DNA of 64,000 bases from NCBI GenBank assembly GCA_951406725.2, contig OX597824.1, forward strand, positions 62,124,001 to 62,188,000, written 5' to 3'. This DNA comes from Octopus vulgaris. Its lineage: Eukaryota. Below are positions 56,018-64,000 of the stretch, piece after piece (the first letter of the stretch is position 1; each line of letters starts with the position of its first letter). The notes below the pieces were generated by a model that ran no database searches, was not told the DNA's origin, and saw only the letters and a program-made list of their open reading frames with translations. A program made the translations under genes and the position numbers.

Positions 56018-56179
56018 GGCGCAGGAGTGGCTGTGTGGTAAGTAGATTGCTCACGACCACATGGTTCCGGGTTCGGTCCCACTGCATGGCATTTTGGGCA
56101 AGTGTCTTCTACTATAACCTCGGGCCCACCAAAGCATTGTGAGTGGATTTGGTAGGCGGAAACTGAAATAATTCGTCGT

Positions 56180-56221
<42 letters not shown>

Positions 56222-56441
56222 ATGTGTGTATATGTTTCTATGCATATGTTTGTCCCCACAACATCGCTTGATAACCGATGCTGGTGTGTTTACGTCCCCG
56301 TAACTTACCGGTTTGGCAAGCAAAAGAGACCGATAGAATAAGTACTAGGCTTCCAAAGAATAAGTCCTGGGGTCGATTTGCTCGACAAAAAGGCGGTGCA
56401 CCAGCATGGTCGAAGTTAAATCAGTGAAACAAGTAAAAGAG
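56018..56441 (+). mobile_element. SINE family B, full length
   Basis: Homologous to 41774-42185. Confidence 0.92.
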
Positions 56442-56499
56442 TATATTAAACATGATAAACATAAATAAAATTGAGTTTTAAAATATGTTCGATTACACT

Positions 56500-57450
56500 G
56501 TGATAGATATTTAATTCTGGGACAACCTGTAATCGGCTTTCGATATTCAATTTCATGATCACATTCGATCAGTACATCTCACAGTATACTTTATCATTCT
56601 CAATTGCACTTTCCGGGTTTTGCCCATACAAGGTGCCGTTCATATATCAAAATTTGCCATTCAAATCCAAAACAAAATCAATCATACTTATGAAAATATC
56701 TCGTGTTCTTTAATATATATTTTCGACTAGCATCCTGCATTAATTCACAATATACTATTCATTCCCACCGCACAATCTGCACTTGTCACTTTCAGCTATA
56801 CTGTCAATATTGCATTTGCTATTATTTGTCACAAGTGCTTGTTACTGTGCAGCACATATAATTACCTCTGTCTGTGGTTTCAAGTCATTCTTCGTTAGCT
56901 AGTGCCACTTTCCATGGACATCTGTTTTTCGGCTCACCTTTATTTCAAGCTGTCCGTCATGTTTTTCTTATTTCTGTTCTATTTTCTTTCGGCTTCCTTA
57001 CTCTTTTCTTTTCTTTGTCCCTGCGTCTCCGTGCAAATATTTTTTCCTGTTTATACCAAATATTCACCCCTGAACGAGCAATGGTCCAATGACACTTCTA
57101 ATATACCACCTCAAGAAATTTTCTTCTAAGCACATACAACATTAATGGCTAATTAGCATTCACTAATTAATGAATAATTGCCGTTCACCACTCTTAAGGG
57201 TACAATTCTCACTGAATTGTGCGTAGCCTTCCCAATTTCCAATTTAGCCTCTGAAACCCCTCTTTATTCCAATTGATAATATCAGCACAATATCTTAATA
57301 ATACAATCGTCTATACATTGTTTGCTTGAAGTCTTCAGAGATGTTAAGTATCACCAGTATTTGTGGCGCTACAAATACACCTAATAGCTCTTGTTAACAC
57401 AATAATTTAAGCTTACATCTATTTTATTTATCTAATCGTGATAACGTACA
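56500..57450 (-). mobile_element. Old Dong/R4 remnant
   Basis: ICAAQ*QAL, KCRLCG, END, CDHEI..RKP fragments. Confidence 0.65.
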
Positions 57451-57526
57451 GACAAAAAGTTAGCCAGTTTTTCCTCATGGCTGACTGCTACTACAAAATC
57501 TACCACCGATCTCATTAACTAAAAGT

Positions 57527-57584
57527 TGTAAACATCAATAATTCCTACAACTTGCTGTAAACATCAATAATTCCTACAACTTGC
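57527..57584. repeat. Perfect 29-bp tandem duplication
   Basis: tgtaaacatcaataattcctacaacttgc x2. Confidence 0.95.
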
Positions 57585-57718
57585 TTACAACCTCGACCGA
57601 TACTAGCTCTATCAAAGGGAAAAACAAGTTTAAATTTGACTCCTTCGTCTTATCACTTTTCTTTTCCTGTGAACTTCTACATTTATTCACAGATTAATGT
57701 TACTTAAGATTTCCAACT

Positions 57719-57760
<42 letters not shown>

Positions 57761-58558
57761 ACTCTTTCTTTCCCTGTATGCCTGTGTCATTCTTGCTCAG
57801 TCTCTCTTTTCTTTTCTCATTACCTATGAGCCTTCTAAATCCAATTTCTAGGAATTGATGGCGTAGATATCTTGCTAATACAAGACCCACAATTAATAAA
57901 ACACATAAGTAAAAGAATGCATTTACTTACGGCTTTCACAGGTAAACCGATACATTGTTTACGAAAAGCATTACAAAATACAAATAGAAAAGCATTTTAT
58001 ACCTGATCTTGGATTATATATGATAACACTAAAAACTCATACAATAATAAGAAATATTATCATTTAACAACAAAAATTTGTTTTTTGCTAATTTCAGGAG
58101 GGAGTCAACAGTTTTAGGGGCAAAGAAGGTCGATTATGTCAACCTCGTGACCAAGAAATACAAGGTTAGAATCCGGCGTGGTTAAGCTGGGTTTCTTAGC
58201 CAGAAGGATGGCCCTTAGCCTTGGCCGATCACAAAAATCATACGTGTAGGATGGAAAAGGGTCCGAAGTTTATCTCATTGATGAAATGACGCAAATTAAT
58301 GATTCAAATATCTGCGTAAATGGGATAGGAAGCAGAGGTAAATGGGTCTTATTCGACATGAACCCCACTGCGCAGCAGGACAGGCCCGGTCGCTATCCAT
58401 CTAGCGCTAGCCGTGAAAGGTAGCAGAAATGTAGTAAAGAGGTCAACACTGTTACCATCTTCTTCTTCTTCTTCTTCTTCTTCTTCTTCTTCTTCTTCTT
58501 CTTCTTCTTCTTCTTCTTCTTCTTCTTCTTCTTCTTCTTCCTCTCCTTGTGGTTTGTG

Positions 58559-58626
<68 letters not shown>

Positions 58627-58644
58627 CATCATCATCATCATCAT

Positions 58645-59400
58645 CTTTCCATCGTTTCCATTTCTTGCCGAGTGTCTCCGTGACACATAGGGCAGAGAAA
58701 CGTACTGTATACATTGATAGGCCATTAAAACAAACACACCAGATTGTTCATTTGCGGAGTCATGTGATAGAGAATAAGGGGAAGACAGAGAGAAAAAGGA
58801 AAAAAATAAACAAACTGTATTGCTTTTGTCTTTCACAATAAAATCTGGTTTATTTGCCTCGATTGTCCAATCTTTACATACTGGGCAGTCCCAAACAATA
58901 ATTACATTTTCTCCCTCAGTTATAGCCTCAGGATGGTACTTGTACAATTTGCCATCAGTTTTGATTTTATAATGCCGACAAATTATCCAATGTAGATATT
59001 GGCCAACTCTGTCATGTTATGATTTGTACTCTACAAGTGCTAAAACCTTACACCCAAAAATCAGGCGGACGACTGTTTCTATTTCATCGTTGCAATATCG
59101 GCACTTTGGGTCTAAAACCATTTTTCATCACATTGGTTTCATAGTTCCGGGTCAATGAGCTCCGATCTTGGTAAGCAAAGATAAAGCTTTCACTCTCTGC
59201 CTTTAGCCCTGAGCTCCGCAACCACTGATGGATGTGTTTCTGGTCTACATCAGCTTGCTTGCTACGAGCCACATATTTGATTTTGTTCCCCCCTATCAGG
59301 CAATTGTTCGAGCGCATTTCACCTTACTATTGATTTCGCCTTCTTTGCAACTATTGTTGTTGCACTTCTCCCATGCTGTTCAACCTAGGTATTAGGCATA
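58645..59400 (-). mobile_element. Dong/R4 3' remnant, same family as 18050
   Basis: QWLRSSGLKAESE, VWD..IEANKPD; shared 3' tail. Confidence 0.9.
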
Positions 59401-59416
59401 AACTCACAACAACATT

Positions 59417-59449
<33 letters not shown>

Positions 59450-61436
59450 CGGTAGTCTTGTTTTAATGAGGTGCTTTCACTGCACCACCCAGCGCAGCGC
59501 TGTGTCTTGGATATGTGATGTGGTTTACTGTGACGCTCTTATTTTTACTGTATTGAAAATGTTTTACGCAGGATGTGTGTGGTATCTAGATGTGCTGTTT
59601 TCTGTATGTTATATATAATTGTTACTCCTGTTTTTTCTTTTGTTATGCATTTGTCTGAATATTTTTATCGTACCTAATGCGCCTACTATCTCAGAAACTC
59701 TTTAGTTTCTGAATCATCACATTCGAGTTACCTCTATTTCCAGATCATTGTATTATGAAAATTTTGTTTCCGCTTCTTTTAGAGAAACATTGTCATCTGT
59801 TAGTATAGATACATCGATTAGAAAGCATTTTTTTCATGATGATCTCTGACAAAGATATCCGACCTATCGGCCTTAATTTCTCTATCTGGTGTACTGGCCA
59901 TTCTTGGCGTGCGCCAATGACATTTTCTAATCTTGTTATTCCATAGAATTGGCATAGCTTCTAATGTATATAGATCCCAACTCTGTCGTTTCTGTGAATA
60001 TAATCCTCCTTAGCGAGGACTGGACATCCAGAGACGATATGATTTATTGTCTCTGTATCATTTCCACATATTCTGCAGTTACATTTATTTCTTTTCATTA
60101 CATATTTTTGGTAATTTCTGTGAGGAACGCTTTGATGTTGTGCTGCAATTAAAAATTATTCAGTCTCTGCTTTGAGTCCTGAGCTTCTCAGCCATTGTAG
60201 GGGTTATCCTTTGTCCATTTCGTTTCTAAGTAGTTTATCCCGGTATTTGCCATGAAGGGCCTTTTTCTTTCCAACGTTTTATCATGATCCATTGCTGTTC
60301 CAGTTTTAGTTTGGATTTCAGTTGCTTTACAACTTTTGTTTGTTTTGTTCTTCTTCTTCATAGTTGTTAGATAATATGATTTCTGTTTTGGATTTTTTAG
60401 CCTTCTTAAAGACTGAAAACAGTTTATTTTTGTTTTGTTCGTTGTTTCTTTGGCTATTTCTATTAGTTTCCCTAGCTTCTTGAGTAAGTATTTCTGTAGT
60501 TCCATGGTGGTTATGCTGTTATAATTTTCTAGCTATTTAAAACCTCTAACGCCTTCGATACGTTATACATATAACCTTTCTGTGTCACGTTTTGGATGGT
60601 GCATCATAATTCCTGTCATTATTTTTCATATTTTCCTGTGTATTTAGATTAGTTCATTTAGAGACGAGTGCGAATATTATATCTGTAAATCTTAAATGGG
60701 ACGGCTAGAGTGTCGATACCTATTATTTTATCAATCTCACTTGTCTATGGTATACTATTCTTATCTACTCTTTCAATTGTATGTGTTGTATCGTATCTAG
60801 GTCATTGATACCTAAGTATTTATATGTCTGGCTTTGGTCTAATTCTCTTATTCCATTTGCTTTCTCTAATGTGATGTTGTTACTCTTAACTAATTTTCCT
60901 CTTGTGAAGGTTGCTTTGACACATTTTTCTAAGCTAAATTTCATGTTTATATCTTTGATAAATCTATGCGTTATCAGTACTAATATTTCCAGGTGTTTAT
61001 CATTTGTTGTGTATAATTTTAGATCATCTATATATAAAAGGTGGCTAATTATTTTGCCGTATCAGTTGTATCTACATCCAGTTCTATTTAGCTTGTCAGA
61101 TAAAGGTGCCAGTGCGAAGCAGAAAAGGAGTGGAGAGAGTCTGACTCCCTGGAATATTCCTCTACTAATGGGGATGGCTTTGGTTTTTAAGAGTCCCTGT
61201 TTTGTCTGCCATTTATTCATGAAATGTTTTATATATTTTATAATTATTGGTGCTACCTTATTCATGCAGGTGTGGGAAATCAAAAGCCACTCGGTAAACA
61301 ATCCAGGCCACGCTTAGAATCTTCTTTCTGTGGCTGTGTTCAGTTATGGCTTCATTGATGAGTGGCTCATATTTACATCTTCCCTTCTGCTCTTCTGGAA
61401 ACAGGTTGTTTTCTTCACGATGCTTGCTCATTATTA

Positions 61437-61524
<88 letters not shown>

Positions 61525-62720
61525 TATTATTATTATTATTATTATTATCATTATTATTATTATTGTTTCCCTTTATCACAAATGTAATGGAGCTCCTGTA
61601 GTTTTACATGCGTAGCGGGCTTGCTTCCTACAGCCTACGGTACCATGCTTTCCATTCTTTTCAGCTAACTATTACTCTCTTGATTATTCTGGCTATGCCA
61701 AGGAGGCAAACCTTGTGTAACAGTTCTACTGGGCATTGTATTTCAATTTCTTTTGTATTGCACTTGATGCCTTGCGATACTTTTCCAAAAAACACAACAC
61801 TATCTGGCACTATCTTCACCTTCTTCATTTCCTATAGCTGAGCCATTTCCTACTTAAAAGGGTGGTATTTATCTATTTTTCCGACTTGTTGACTATTCTT
61901 GAGTCACAGAGGCACGCAACAACTATATAGCATACGTGGTGTACGTTGTCGACCACCACTAGGTCCAGTCTTTTATGCTTTAACGCGCGTTCTGTTTGGA
62001 TTGGGAAATGCCAGAAGAGTTTGCTAGTGTCCGACTACGCCACTCTCTGCGGATTGTGATCATACGTCTTGCCTCTCTCTAGCCCCCACTTTTCGCACGG
62101 TTTCCTATATAGCATTTTTACTACCTGATCGTATCGCCACAACTTGGCGTCGCAGTGCTACTGGAGGTGCTATTGGCTGGAGATAAACTCAACAGGCAGT
62201 GATGCGTTGTCAGACGGGCTTGTCGGAGGTGCGTGCAGAGGGAATGAAACCGTTCTGAACGCCCTCGTTCAGTGTCCGGGCATTGCTGATTTGTTGCGTT
62301 ATGTATAACAGCTGCTGACTCGTGTAGGACGGATCCGTATGTCGGCCGAGGCTCCAATGAGTTTATTGAAAGGTGGGTGAAACTTGCGAAAATTACAAGA
62401 GTGGATGGTACCTCTCTAAGTGTAGACCTCTGAATTGGAGAGAAGGAATAGGAGAGGGCACTCAGTCCTGGGTTTTTAGCGAAATCTCGGACAGTGGGGT
62501 TTCTCGATTATCCCTAGAGGCCTTCCTGTATCCGAAGGACGACATCTCTATCATCCTCCCAGAACTTTTTATAAAACTTTTGTAAGCTATGTGTATATCC
62601 CTTCTTTTCAGTGTATAACTGGTATAGCTATTTTTTTTCCTTCTTTTCTTTTTCGTTTCATTATAAGTAAACCCTCGCACTTTATGTCTGTCTTTGTATT
62701 GTCCCCCTCATCCTTCACCC
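59450..62720 (-). mobile_element. Long degenerate Dong/R4 LINE, interrupted by (TAA)n
   Basis: EEQKG, GIFQG..LSPLLF, YIDDLK, YKYLG, HHPK; probable 5' region at 61560-62720. Confidence 0.85.
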
Positions 62721-62789
62721 TTTTAGCAAATAAATGAACTCATCATCATCATCATTATCCTCATTATTATTATTATTATCATTATTACT

Positions 62790-63060
62790 TTTTTTTTTCC
62801 TTCTTTCAAATTTGCTTCCATTTCTTACCGAGTGTCTTCCCGACTCCTAGGGCAAAGAAACTCATAGTATACATCGGTAGGCCATTAAACCAAACTCAAT
62901 AGTTCGTTCATTTTTTTTTTTTAAGTTAAGTTAAAATACATGAGCAGCAACAATTCTCACATCGACAATGCTCTACTCAATACATGTGATGTACCAGTTA
63001 AGACAATCTTTTCCACTTCTTGCAGGGATGGTAAGCCAGGGATCATACCTTCAACCTCCA
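62790..63060 (-). mobile_element. Dong/R4 3' end fragment
   Basis: MIPGLPSLQEV.KIVLTGTSHVL plus shared tail. Confidence 0.85.
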
Positions 63061-63164
63061 CAATATTACCTTACACGAAATATACAAACACTTTTTATTG
63101 CAATAACACAAACGCACATGGAAAAAAAATGATGATGCTAATATTCTCTCTGGTCGAACACAAC

Positions 63165-63202
<38 letters not shown>

Positions 63203-63757
63203 GAGTGAGAGAGCAGTTCATGTCATCAAAGTGACACTGGGGTAAAATATACGAAGCCCAATATACCCATCATGACTACCCGTCTGATAAAGGTACACCA
63301 GACACATGCATCACAACCATATGTGCGCGACATGGTGATCTCATATCAAGATAAACAGCACATGACCTTGCAGGTGGGGCCCAGTTAGAATTTTCTTCAG
63401 GTTGAGTAGCCCATCCCGCTCAAACGGTCCCTGACTAAGGGTTGTTTAAGGATGTTGAAAGAACCACCCATGTTTCCAGAGGTGAACTATTCAAACCCCA
63501 AAGAATCCCTCTCAACACATGGCTATGATGCTCCCCCACTACTTCTGCTCGTGATCAGAGATGCACATATCGTCAGCCACTAAGGGACATGCTCAACTGG
63601 TTAAGGTAAAACAACTGACAAGCAAATCTGTGGTATTGAGCAGAATATTTGCTGTAGCCCATCTTTTATACCATGACAAAACAATGTACATGATAACACT
63701 TCCAATCAGTTAAGACCAGAAGCCATGAGAGCCTCTGCCTGGTACTGCATCAGGGCA
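63203..63757 (-). mobile_element. 555-bp non-coding element in (TAA)n, copy 2
   Basis: Near-identical to 54524-55078 with the same ends. Confidence 0.9.
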
Positions 63758-63761
63758 TTTA

Positions 63762-63792
<31 letters not shown>

Positions 63793-64000
63793 TATTATTA
63801 TTGAGAACACTCTGAGACTAGTCTACCGATAAGAGTTCCAGTTACCTCGATTTTCCACGAGCATATTGAACAGTTGAATTCTCTAATATATTTTACCATG
63901 CTGTTTATGTACCGAAAAGCGCATCTGTTTGACTGGCTAAATGATAGGGCGTGTGTGTCATCTGAGGGCATGCGGTCCTATTATCTCTACGTACTAGAAT

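Noticed and set aside
58340-58440. Possible HDV-like ribozyme on the minus strand at a LINE-like 5' fragment
   Set aside because: P2 and J4/2-like pieces are visible, but no convincing P1 or P3 could be built

Overview
AT-rich, microsatellite-dense eukaryotic DNA, probably from a coleoid cephalopod (Octopus-like; inferred from the SINE families and TE mix). No host protein-coding gene is supported. Almost all ORFs in the track are microsatellite artefacts or transposon debris. Contents: Penelope-like elements (PLEs), including a Naiad-like RT-thumb/GIY-YIG frame open for ~347 codons, many carrying minimal type I hammerhead ribozyme motifs; (TAA)n-targeted Dong/R4-type LINEs plus a young 555-bp non-coding element in the same target; CRE and RTE LINE remnants; a full-length DD37D (maT) Tc1/mariner pseudo-element plus remnants; mariner and Tigger/pogo remnants; and at least three tRNA-derived SINE families. 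Most notable are the dense set of hammerheads (one intact core, one U3-A8 covariant core), recurrent fold-back structures at PLE ends, and templated inverted insertions inside one LINE copy. Remnant boundaries are approximate and read by eye.
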